Origin: Planctomycetaceae bacterium
GTDB taxonomy: Bacteria > Planctomycetota > Planctomycetia > Planctomycetales > Planctomycetaceae
Direction of reading: 5' to 3'
Length of the DNA: 25,568 nucleotides
Assembly (NCBI GenBank): GCA_028284485.1
Contig: JANQRQ010000201.1
Coordinates: forward strand, 1-25,568
How positions within the stretch are numbered: the first letter of the stretch is position 1; every line of letters begins with the position of its first letter. The notes under the pieces were generated by a model. It was not told where the DNA came from and made no database searches. It worked only from the letters and a program-made list of their open reading frames with translations. A program made the position numbers and the translations under genes. This document shows, piece after piece, positions 16,597 through 24,834 of the stretch.

Positions 16597-17228
16597 GAGC
16601 AGGCACCTCCCTTCTGTGCGATCTGCAGAGCACACTGCGTGATCCCATGATAGGTCCCACAACGGCAGATGTTGCCACCGAGTCCCTTTTGGATGTCTTC
16701 GAGGCTAGCGTTGGGATTTTCGTTGAGAAAGGCCCGTGTCGCCATCACGAAACCAGGAGTGCAAAAACCGCATTGCATGGCGTCATGTTCGACAAAGCCT
16801 TCGATGACTTCGTCTACCTCGGAACCATTTCGCAGCGATTCCACCGTCTGAATTTCGGCTCCCTCGCATTCGACGGCGAATCGGGCGCACGCATACGTGG
16901 CCTTACCATCGATCAAAACCGTACAGGCACCGCAAGTCGTCGTATCGCAAACGTCTTTCGCGCCTGTCAGATTCAAATCGTTTCGTAAAGCGTCGAGCAG
17001 AGTCACACGAGGTTCTAACGACAACGTATGCTGCTGCCCATTAATACTTAAAGTCACGTCTCTGGCTTCGGCCGAAGCCACATTCCCTTGCGACTGGCTC
17101 TGTTGCGCCGGGCTTTCCGTGGCCGAAGTTGCCATCGCTGTTGCAGCAGCAGCGGCACTCGAACCTTTCAGAAAGTCGCGGCGACTGAAGCCCGAGCCGC
17201 TTTCGTTTTGGTCTTTACGGTCTCGCAT
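16548..17228 (-). CDS. Molybdenum hydroxylase (2Fe-2S)-binding small subunit with twin-arginine signal (PaoA/YagT-like)
   Basis: SRRDFLKGSSAAAAATAMA TAT signal. Plant-type ferredoxin CDTTTCGACTV... and second cluster CGFCTPG ... CRCGTY. TAT export of the Fe-S subunit implies a periplasmic enzyme. Confidence 0.85.
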   Translation of the reverse strand: MRDRKDQNESGSGFSRRDFLKGSSAAAAATAMATSATESPAQQSQSQGNVASAEARDVTLSINGQQHTLSLEPRVTLLDALRNDLNLTGAKDVCDTTTCGACTVLIDGKATYACARFAVECEGAEIQTVESLRNGSEVDEVIEGFVEHDAMQCGFCTPGFVMATRAFLNENPNASLEDIQKGLGGNICRCGTYHGITQCALQIAQKGGACSWLNERLVGDLVAKTA

Positions 17229-17624
17229 GGACTTCGCTCTCCCTCAACTGTTGATGCTGGTGCGAAACGATCTCCGGCTAGTACTCTTTGACTGTTCTTG
17301 CGACGTCAAACTCGAAACTGCAATCTGAAATGTGACTTTTGCGAGTACACAATTTCTTCATAAACCACGAGAACGTACTAGCTTCGGACTTTGCCGCATT
17401 CTACCGGCGAAATTTTCACTTCACAATGACTTTGTCAAAAAAAACGATTGTGCCGATTAGGGCAAGCGGTTTTGACACGGACAATGGCCATGCATTGTTA
17501 ACACTGGCGCTCATGAAACGGCTTGCACGCTGTTCCGCTTTGATAGCGTCACGCACCCGCTCGCCACATTATTAATTAATGAAGTGCCGACGAATTCATT
17601 GGCATCGGTATTGCGCCGAGGTCG

Positions 17625-18464
17625 CTAACCGACAGCGAGGGATTCATCTGTGAGATCGGTCACAAACATGCAACCAGGGCTGTGAGTGATCGCCAGAGGA
17701 GGTTTCGCATTCATAATGGCGACCTGAGGCGTCACACCGCACGCCCAGAACACCGGTATCTCGCCTTCGTTAATCGGAACGGCTTCGCCGAAATCCGGTC
17801 GGCTAAGATCGGTAATCCCGATCTGCTCAGGTAATCCCAAATGCACAGGTGCACCGTGCACCGAGGGAAACCGCGATGTGATTTGCACCGATCGGATCGC
17901 ATCAGCTGGACTCAGCGGTCGCATCGAAACGACCATCGATCCCTTGAAGGGGCCCGACTCGCGACACGGAATATTCGTGCAATACATCGGAACATTGCAT
18001 CCGAGTTCAACGTGGCGGATCGGAATCTCCGCGCGAAGCATGGCCGACTCAAAAGTGAACGAACACCCGATGACGAAGGCCACAAAATCGTCTCGCCAGT
18101 ACTCAGAGGCATCTGTCGGCTCGTCGACCACCTCGCCATTCTTCCAAATACGGTAACGTGGCAAATCGGAGCGCAAATCAGCATCAGGTGCCACCCGACC
18201 GGGAACGGGGCTGCCAGGCTCGGTCACATCCAGCACGGGGCACGGTTTTGGATTACGCCGGCAGAACTCCAAAAAATCGAATGCCAAGTCGCTTGGCACG
18301 ACGGCCAGATTCGCTTGCGTGTACCCGTTGGCCGCGCCTGAAGTCTGACCGGAAAAAACGCCAGTCCGACATGCCTGCCGCACATCGCGGCCGGAAATCA
18401 ACGACAGTCGATCGGTCGCAGAAGCCGCGCCAGTGGATTCCATGGCTGAACGATGTGATGTCAT
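17625..18464 (-). CDS. DUF1445 / UPF0317 putative hydro-lyase (D-glutamate-cyclase-like)
   Basis: [30 protein letters not shown] and [11 protein letters not shown] blocks are typical of the family. The preferred start is MTSHRS at 18464 (alternative MESTG at 18443). The track start at 18581 would add 39 residues. Confidence 0.7.
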   Translation of the reverse strand: MTSHRSAMESTGAASATDRLSLISGRDVRQACRTGVFSGQTSGAANGYTQANLAVVPSDLAFDFLEFCRRNPKPCPVLDVTEPGSPVPGRVAPDADLRSDLPRYRIWKNGEVVDEPTDASEYWRDDFVAFVIGCSFTFESAMLRAEIPIRHVELGCNVPMYCTNIPCRESGPFKGSMVVSMRPLSPADAIRSVQITSRFPSVHGAPVHLGLPEQIGITDLSRPDFGEAVPINEGEIPVFWACGVTPQVAIMNAKPPLAITHSPGCMFVTDLTDESLAVG

Positions 18465-18542
18465 TCTGATAGTATAGCGACTAAGAACAATGAATTCGAA
18501 AGTCTTGATCGATCTCACGAATCCCGATTTTGCGGAAAGCAA

Positions 18543-19037
18543 GTGATGGACGACAATTTTCCAAGCATCGGAGAACTGCATTGGATCGGCCTCAGCCCAA
18601 ATTCACGTGCAGACATCCTCAGCGTCGAGACGGCCGAAGCAAAAGTCGGCACCGGTCTTGTCGGCGATCATCACGCTGAACACTCGCAAGGTCGATCTCA
18701 ACGCGAAGTAACGCTGATTCAATCCGAGCATCTTCCCATCGTCGCAAGCCTTCTAAGCCGCGACGCAATCTCGCCCGAGTTGCTCCGCCGAAACCTTGTT
18801 GTGAGGGGAATCAACCTGTTGGCATTGGAAGGAAAGACTTTTCGCATCGGTGACGTCACGCTGGAAGGCACGGGACCATGCGAACCTTGTCAGCGGATGC
18901 GGCAAAACCTGGGGCCGGGGGGGTACAACGCCATGGTCGGCCATGGCGGGATCACGGCGCGCGTCGTCAATGGAGGGACCATCCGCATCGGTGACTCGGT
19001 CGAGGTTTGTTTAACCGACTCACCGACGACTGAATGA
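18543..19037 (+). CDS. MOSC domain-containing protein (YiiM-like)
   Basis: 164 aa with the invariant MOSC cysteine region ([12 protein letters not shown]) and a beta-barrel-like C-terminus. Divergent from the DUF1445 gene. Confidence 0.75.
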   Translation: MMDDNFPSIGELHWIGLSPNSRADILSVETAEAKVGTGLVGDHHAEHSQGRSQREVTLIQSEHLPIVASLLSRDAISPELLRRNLVVRGINLLALEGKTFRIGDVTLEGTGPCEPCQRMRQNLGPGGYNAMVGHGGITARVVNGGTIRIGDSVEVCLTDSPTTE

Positions 19038-19205
19038 TCCGAGCTTCCTTTCAGCCCGATTCGACTGCCCAAGGATCGTGCTACAGCGTTTTATTTCTTC
19101 TTGTGCGTGTGTCTGGCTCGTAGGAGCCGGCTCTCATGGAGCAAAACGCGATTGTCGCGGCCACAAGTTAGCGTAATCCGCTGTAAAGGGCGACGTCCCT
19201 TATTG

Positions 19206-19742
19206 CTACTTGGGCGTGACAATCACGCGCGACGATTCGATTCGAACGTCGTCGTGCGGCCGGTCGTTTCCATCGGTGGCAACGTCGCCAATACCTAAAG
19301 CCACTGCAAGACTTTCGTCATCGGCAGTTTTCCCGAAAACCGTGTACTGATTGTCAAGGTGAGGGACCCGCGCTACGCACACAAAGAACTGCGAACCGGC
19401 CGAATTGGGATCTTGTGTGCGAGCCATCGATAGCACGCCCGGCTCATGCGGTTTCGCGTTGAACTCGGCATCGATCGTGTAACCAGGGCCTCCCATACCA
19501 TTTCCGTGAGGACACCCAACCTGAACGACGAAACCTTTAATGACGCGGTGAAAAATGATTCCGTCGTAAAATCCGATTTTTGTCAGGCCGATTATGTTAC
19601 GGGCATGACCGGGCGCAACGTCGGGATAGAGATCCAGCAACATCTTCCCAGCCGTTGTCTCAAACTCCACCTGATAGTTATTCTTTTCGAAGTCGACGTC
19701 TTCTAATGCTGCATCAACTTCCGCTTTTCGATTCTTATCCAC
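19206..19742 (-). CDS. ppiB: Peptidyl-prolyl cis-trans isomerase, cyclophilin type
   Basis: Cyclophilin blocks FHRVIKGFVVQVGCP, GYTIDAEF, LSMARTQDPNSAGSQFFV and TVFGK. Confidence 0.85.
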   Translation of the reverse strand: MDKNRKAEVDAALEDVDFEKNNYQVEFETTAGKMLLDLYPDVAPGHARNIIGLTKIGFYDGIIFHRVIKGFVVQVGCPHGNGMGGPGYTIDAEFNAKPHEPGVLSMARTQDPNSAGSQFFVCVARVPHLDNQYTVFGKTADDESLAVALGIGDVATDGNDRPHDDVRIESSRVIVTPK

Positions 19743-19992
19743 TTGTCTATCCTCGTTTGAATGTCTGATCTAACGATGCGACGATTTCCCCAAGACTTGA
19801 TGGCACATAATTGCTGTGACTTCCGAAAGGAGCAGCGCAATTCTGGCAGCGCCTCACGAATCGTATAGACAACCAGTAAGAAATGCGAGGCGACCGGGAA
19901 GTGACAATCGGAGAATGTGCTACGATCCGTGATAAAAACAACGCCCCCCGGTGGCGCGATCTGCCGCAACGAATGCTGATGGACTGGAATCG

Positions 19993-21030
19993 ATGCCATA
20001 CCCATTCGAAACCGAGTTGACCGTCGAAACCGCTTTAAATGGCAAGCGAATCGACAGTTTTCTCGTTCGACATTTTCGCAACTACACAAGTTTTCGAATG
20101 CAGCGGCTGATTCGCGCCGGGCAAATTCGGGTCGATGGACTCGTTGCGGATGCCAATCAACGTGTTTATTGCAATCAACGAGTGGCCGTGCGGCTTACGG
20201 AACCACCAGATAAGCTGCATCCTGCTGAAAATCTGCCCGTCGACATACACCATGAAGACGCGTGGATGTTTGTCATCAACAAACCAGCCGGGCAATTGGT
20301 GCACCCAGTCAGTTGGTGTACCGGTGGGACGTTGGCGAACTCCATGCAGTTTCTGTTGGATGCCCGCACGGAAGTTCCTGGACTTCTGCGCCCAGGATTC
20401 GTCCACCGCCTCGATCGCTTTTCCAGCGGAATCATGGTCGTCGCGAAAGAGCACAACACGCATACCTCGCTTTCCCTGCAATTCGCGAAAGGCGAAGTCC
20501 AAAAGAGCTACCTGGCCATCGTCGACGGTCGCATGGAGTGCATGCAGGGTGTGATTGATCGCCCCATTGGTCGCTCGTCAGTCGGTCAGACTGTGTTAAT
20601 GTCTGCCAGTCCCGAAGCTCGGTCGGCTCGACCGGCGCGTACCGACTACGTCGTCCGAGAACAGTTTGACGAAGCCACATTGGTCGAGGCATACCCGCAC
20701 ACGGGACGCTTGCACCAAATTCGCGTCCACCTGGCCGAAATGGGATTCCCCATCGTTGGCGACCAATTCTATGGTGCCGGTGGCGAGATAAAACAATCTC
20801 GCGAGGAATGCTCCACCGAACGACACGCGATCGCTGGTGGCGGAACTCAAATCCCAGGCGATTTGCTTCTCAATTGCCGGCACGCACTTCACGCTCGTAG
20901 TCTGTTGTTTCGCCATCCAATTACTACGGAACGTATGCGATTCGAGGCGCCGCTACCAGATGATATGCGCCGGCTCCTTGATCGGCTGCGAACGAAATGC
21001 CGGACCATCGAAAACGCGATGACACATTAG
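19993..21030 (+). CDS. RluA-family 23S rRNA pseudouridine synthase (RluD/RluC-like) with N-terminal S4 domain
   Basis: S4-like RIDSFL...SFRMQRLIRAGQIRVDG. Catalytic motif HRLDRFSSGIMVVAK. LHA..L.F.HP C-terminal block. Start chosen at MPYPFE (19993). The track start at 19951 is an equally possible alternative. Confidence 0.8.
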   Translation: MPYPFETELTVETALNGKRIDSFLVRHFRNYTSFRMQRLIRAGQIRVDGLVADANQRVYCNQRVAVRLTEPPDKLHPAENLPVDIHHEDAWMFVINKPAGQLVHPVSWCTGGTLANSMQFLLDARTEVPGLLRPGFVHRLDRFSSGIMVVAKEHNTHTSLSLQFAKGEVQKSYLAIVDGRMECMQGVIDRPIGRSSVGQTVLMSASPEARSARPARTDYVVREQFDEATLVEAYPHTGRLHQIRVHLAEMGFPIVGDQFYGAGGEIKQSREECSTERHAIAGGGTQIPGDLLLNCRHALHARSLLFRHPITTERMRFEAPLPDDMRRLLDRLRTKCRTIENAMTH

Positions 21031-21097
21031 AGAAACTGTCGTGCCGGTTGCTGCTCCCTCGAATCTTCGAACCGCTATCGTTTCAGTCTGCTCGCTC

Positions 21098-22582
21098 TTA
21101 ATTCTTGACGTCGGCAATCGCCAAAGTTGACGAGGCGGACTCGGATGAAGAATCGTCGCCCGAGAACTCGTTTGCTGGCATGCGAAACTCCCCGAGCACG
21201 TCGAAACTCAATTTATTGAATCCATCGAATGCTGCAACTTTGTAGCATTCCGCCATCGTTGGATAGTTAAAGACGGTGTCTCGGAAATAATCGATTTTGC
21301 CACCAAACGACATGACAGCCTGGCCGATGTGAATAATTTCGGTCGCGGTTTCGCCCAGACAATGGATGCCGAGGATTTTCCGTGTCTCACGATGAAAAAG
21401 CAGCTTCAGCATTCCTGTTTGGTCACCCAGGATTTGCCCACGGGAGATTTCGCGAAAGCGGGCAATTCCCACTTCGTACGGTTCATGATCGCGGGTTAAC
21501 TGTTCTTCGCTGCGACCGATCATCGAGATTTCGGGAATCGTAAACAGACCATACGGCATCTCAGCACACGCCTCAAAGGGCTGCCCAAATGCGTGGCAAA
21601 CCGCTCGTCGGCCTTGCTCCATGGAAACACTGGCGAGCGCCGGGAATCCGACGACATCGCCCACACCGTAAATGTGCGAAACCCAGGTCTGGTGGTGTTC
21701 GTTGCACCACAAACGACCTCGCTCGTCGGGTTCGAGGCCGGCTGCTTCGAGGTTCAGCGTATCGGTGTCGCCCACGCGGCCAACCGTATACAAAACACTG
21801 TCACCTATGAGCCTTTTCCCACTTTCCAAGTGAACGACGGCCCGGTCGTTCCCCAGGCGATCGATCCCAATGACATCTTCGCCGAGTCGGAACACCATGC
21901 CCAAAGACCTAGCGTGGTAAAGCAAGGTATCGACAATTTCTCGATCACAGAAATCCAGCAGCCGTTCTCGGCCATCGACGACCGTCACGTGGACTCCCAG
22001 CGTGGCAAACATGATGGCGTATTCAATGCCGATCACTCCGCCGCCGACAACAATCATCGAGCGAGGAATGTGGTCCAGGCTAAGTAACTCATCGGAGTCG
22101 AATACGATGCGTCCATCGAAGGGAATATTGTCCGGACGAGCCGGCCGAGTTCCAGTCGCCACAAGAATGTTCTCGCCCTCAATTGTCGATACGCCATCCA
22201 CTCCTGTGACTTCGACTTCATGCGGGCTAGTGAACCGACAATTGCCTTCGTAAACATCGACACCATTGCGTTCGAGTTGGTCCTGCACGACGTCGAGTTC
22301 GTGCTGGGTGACTTGAGACAGTTTGCGTCGCAGTGCCTCCATGGTGATTGTCCGCTTCTTGCGATACTGCTCACCATACACGTCACGTTGACGGTATCCG
22401 GAAAGATGCATGATCGCTTCACGCATCGTTTTCGACGGAATCGTACCAGTGTGGAGGCACACGCCACCCAGGTCGCGCAAGCCACGCTCGACAATGGCAA
22501 CCCGTTTTCCCAGCTTGGCTGCGGCGATTGCCCCTTTTTGCCCGGAGGGCCCGCTGCCGATCACAATCAGATCGTATCGCAT
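21098..22582 (-). CDS. sthA: Soluble pyridine nucleotide transhydrogenase (Si-specific NAD(P)+ transhydrogenase)
   Basis: Near-collinear with E. coli SthA. Blocks: YDLIVIGSGPSG, single-Cys GGVCLHTGTIPSK (SthA-type rather than the Lpd CxxxxC), LLFHRETRKILGIHCLGETATEIIHIGQA and TVFNYPTMAECYKVAA. The start is taken at MRYDLIV (22582). There is a roughly 35-aa Ser/Asp-rich C-terminal tail beyond the E. coli end. Confidence 0.85.
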   Translation of the reverse strand: MRYDLIVIGSGPSGQKGAIAAAKLGKRVAIVERGLRDLGGVCLHTGTIPSKTMREAIMHLSGYRQRDVYGEQYRKKRTITMEALRRKLSQVTQHELDVVQDQLERNGVDVYEGNCRFTSPHEVEVTGVDGVSTIEGENILVATGTRPARPDNIPFDGRIVFDSDELLSLDHIPRSMIVVGGGVIGIEYAIMFATLGVHVTVVDGRERLLDFCDREIVDTLLYHARSLGMVFRLGEDVIGIDRLGNDRAVVHLESGKRLIGDSVLYTVGRVGDTDTLNLEAAGLEPDERGRLWCNEHHQTWVSHIYGVGDVVGFPALASVSMEQGRRAVCHAFGQPFEACAEMPYGLFTIPEISMIGRSEEQLTRDHEPYEVGIARFREISRGQILGDQTGMLKLLFHRETRKILGIHCLGETATEIIHIGQAVMSFGGKIDYFRDTVFNYPTMAECYKVAAFDGFNKLSFDVLGEFRMPANEFSGDDSSSESASSTLAIADVKN

Positions 22583-23160
22583 GGGATTATCCTGTTGAGA
22601 AGCTCGAGTATTGTGGCTCTGCGGAATCAACTTCTCGGTGTCGCGAAACGACATCCAAGGCATTTCTCTCCATCGACGGAATTCCGGTCACGAAAGATTC
22701 AAAATTCACGTAAATTGAACAAAGTGAGGTGAGCCCGTTAAGTTCACCGGATGTAGCGGTTATGAGGCCGTTCGACCTCTCGATCCGCGTACAAATTGGT
22801 CCGTTCCTCGTCACCAGCGATCGACGGATGTTACACTCGTGCATCTAGGTGCCTGATGCGAAACAACCCTGATTTGCCACACTGAGCGGATGCACAGACT
22901 TGGATGGCTGGAAAAACTGCGGTCACATTTCTGACTTCCTTGTGATCCGTAGCGTTCGTCAGTCCGTTATCGAATGTGAACAGGGGTGAATTCGGCTCCC
23001 TCGCCGAACCAATTTCGCCAATATCGTGGGGCACAACTTGTGGCTACGGTCCGAAAGGATATAACTCGTCGACCGCCGCATGAAAGTGCTGTACGGAGAA
23101 TACAACCCGCGGCGCTGACCACGCCGTTTCGTGCAATTCGACCCAAAGGAGACTACGGCA

Positions 23161-24750
23161 ATGCCGGAAAATGAATTCTTCAACGGACGGGGACCTTCGC
23201 CTCAATCAAAGCGGGGTTTGTGGTTATTTGGAACCATGGCGCTCGCTGTCGCCGCGGCGTGGTTTGTCTACAGCCTGTTTCGCATCGACGTGGGCACAGG
23301 GCAACTCGCCGTGCTGATCCACAAAACCGGCAGTGAGATTCAAAACGATAACGAAATCGCCCCGGGACCGGAGTTCAAAGGCGTCCAACGAGAAGTCCTC
23401 AAAGAAGGTCGTTACTTCCGCGACCCCTACAACTGGGACTGGGACATCGTCGATCAAAAAGTGATCCCTAACGGCAGGCTTGGGATCAGAATCAGCCTGA
23501 CGGGAGAGGATCTCCCTTATGGCGAATTCCTGGCGCGGATGGAAGATGGCGAAGCCAATACCAAAGGGATCGTCCCCGACGTCCTTCGGCCGGGCCGCTA
23601 TGCCATCAATCCCCATCTTTACAAAGTCGAGGAACACGACCCGATTACGATTCCCGCGGGGTTCAAAGGCGTCGTAACAAATCTCGCCGGTCCCTTTCCA
23701 GAAGATCCCAATCAGCTGCTCGTCGAGGAAGGCGAACGGGGCGTACAAAAGCAAACGAGAGATCCTGGCACTGCCTACGTGAATCCCTATGTCACGCGCA
23801 TTAGTCTCGTCGATTGCCGCAGCCAACGATTCAATCTGGCGGAAAACAAAAATATGGGATTCCCGTCGAAAGACGGCTTCTGGGTCAGCCTCGATGCAAT
23901 TATCGAATTTCGCGTCAACCCGGAACGAGCCGCCGAAGTCTTCGTGATTTACAACGAGGATGAAAACGGTGACCAAATTGACGAAGAAATCATCCGCAAA
24001 ATCATTCTGCCGAACGCGCGTAGCTTCTGCCGCTTGGAAGGTTCGAACAGTTTAGGCCGCGAATTCATTCAGGGCCGAACCGAATTTCAGGAGAACTTCC
24101 AGACGGCGATGCGTGAAAAATGCGAGCCGTTGGGAATCGAAATTATTCAGGCACTGGTCACACGAATTATTCCCCCTGAGAAAATCGCGAAACCGGTTCG
24201 TGACCGCGAGATCGCCAAACAACAGGAACGCAAATACCAACAACAGATCGTACAACAAAAGCAGGAAGAAATCCTGGCCACCAAACGCGAGTTGGTGCAC
24301 CAAAGGGAAGCCTTAGTCACCATCGAAAAGTCGATTGTCAAAGTGGTCACGGAAGCTAAGCGGGAACAAGAAGTGGCATTGACCAAGGCTAACGAAGGTC
24401 TCGAGGTGGCGCGCCACAACCGCGATGCCGCTGCTGACCAGGCGACTGCCGTTTTGGAACGAGCGACCGCTGAAGCGGACGTTATTCGATTCGAAAACGA
24501 AGCCGACGCGTCCGGCTGGCGGCACGCCGTAGAGAGCTTTGGCGGCAACGGCAATCAATTCGCTCAATACGTACTGTTTCAGAAGATGGCAGCCGCTTAT
24601 CGACGAATCATGGTCAATACAGCCGATAGCCCGATTATGAAGGTCTTCGAATCGTTTACCGATTCCGCGGAATCGCGCAAGACACCGCTTGATCCGCCGT
24701 CGACTGCTGTCACCAGCGCATCAAATAGCACAACATCCGACGAACGATAA
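23161..24750 (+). CDS. Membrane-anchored SPFH/Band-7 (stomatin/HflK-flotillin-like) protein with N-terminal repeat units and long C-terminal coiled coil
   Basis: TM helix LWLFGTMALAVAAAWFVYSLF. SPFH core DPGTAYVNPYVTRISLVDCRSQRFNL...FPSKDGFWVSLDAIIEFRVNPERAAEVF (compare stomatin GPGLFFILPC...VDMRT...TKDSV..VDGVVYYRV). It is followed by a Q/E/K-rich coiled coil. The start is taken at MPENEFF (23161). The track start is 23131. Confidence 0.7.
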   Translation: MPENEFFNGRGPSPQSKRGLWLFGTMALAVAAAWFVYSLFRIDVGTGQLAVLIHKTGSEIQNDNEIAPGPEFKGVQREVLKEGRYFRDPYNWDWDIVDQKVIPNGRLGIRISLTGEDLPYGEFLARMEDGEANTKGIVPDVLRPGRYAINPHLYKVEEHDPITIPAGFKGVVTNLAGPFPEDPNQLLVEEGERGVQKQTRDPGTAYVNPYVTRISLVDCRSQRFNLAENKNMGFPSKDGFWVSLDAIIEFRVNPERAAEVFVIYNEDENGDQIDEEIIRKIILPNARSFCRLEGSNSLGREFIQGRTEFQENFQTAMREKCEPLGIEIIQALVTRIIPPEKIAKPVRDREIAKQQERKYQQQIVQQKQEEILATKRELVHQREALVTIEKSIVKVVTEAKREQEVALTKANEGLEVARHNRDAAADQATAVLERATAEADVIRFENEADASGWRHAVESFGGNGNQFAQYVLFQKMAAAYRRIMVNTADSPIMKVFESFTDSAESRKTPLDPPSTAVTSASNSTTSDER

Positions 24751-24834
24751 TCGCGAGGTCAATTGCGAAACGATTCGCCATTTAAGAGACAGTCAGCAAG
24801 CCCGGTTCACGGGCAACAAATAGGAGCATAAACG

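Noticed and set aside
17339-17575. 78-aa plus-strand ORF in the Mo-operon upstream region
   Set aside because: It lies in an AT-richer promoter region. It has no ribosome-binding site and no motif, and its composition is atypical for this genome's genes.
19120-19200. Short palindromes (GAGCCGGCTC; AAGGG-cgacgt-CCCTT) between convergent MOSC and cyclophilin genes
   Set aside because: The stems are only 5 bp and lack a convincing U-tract on either strand. They are noted only as possible weak terminators.
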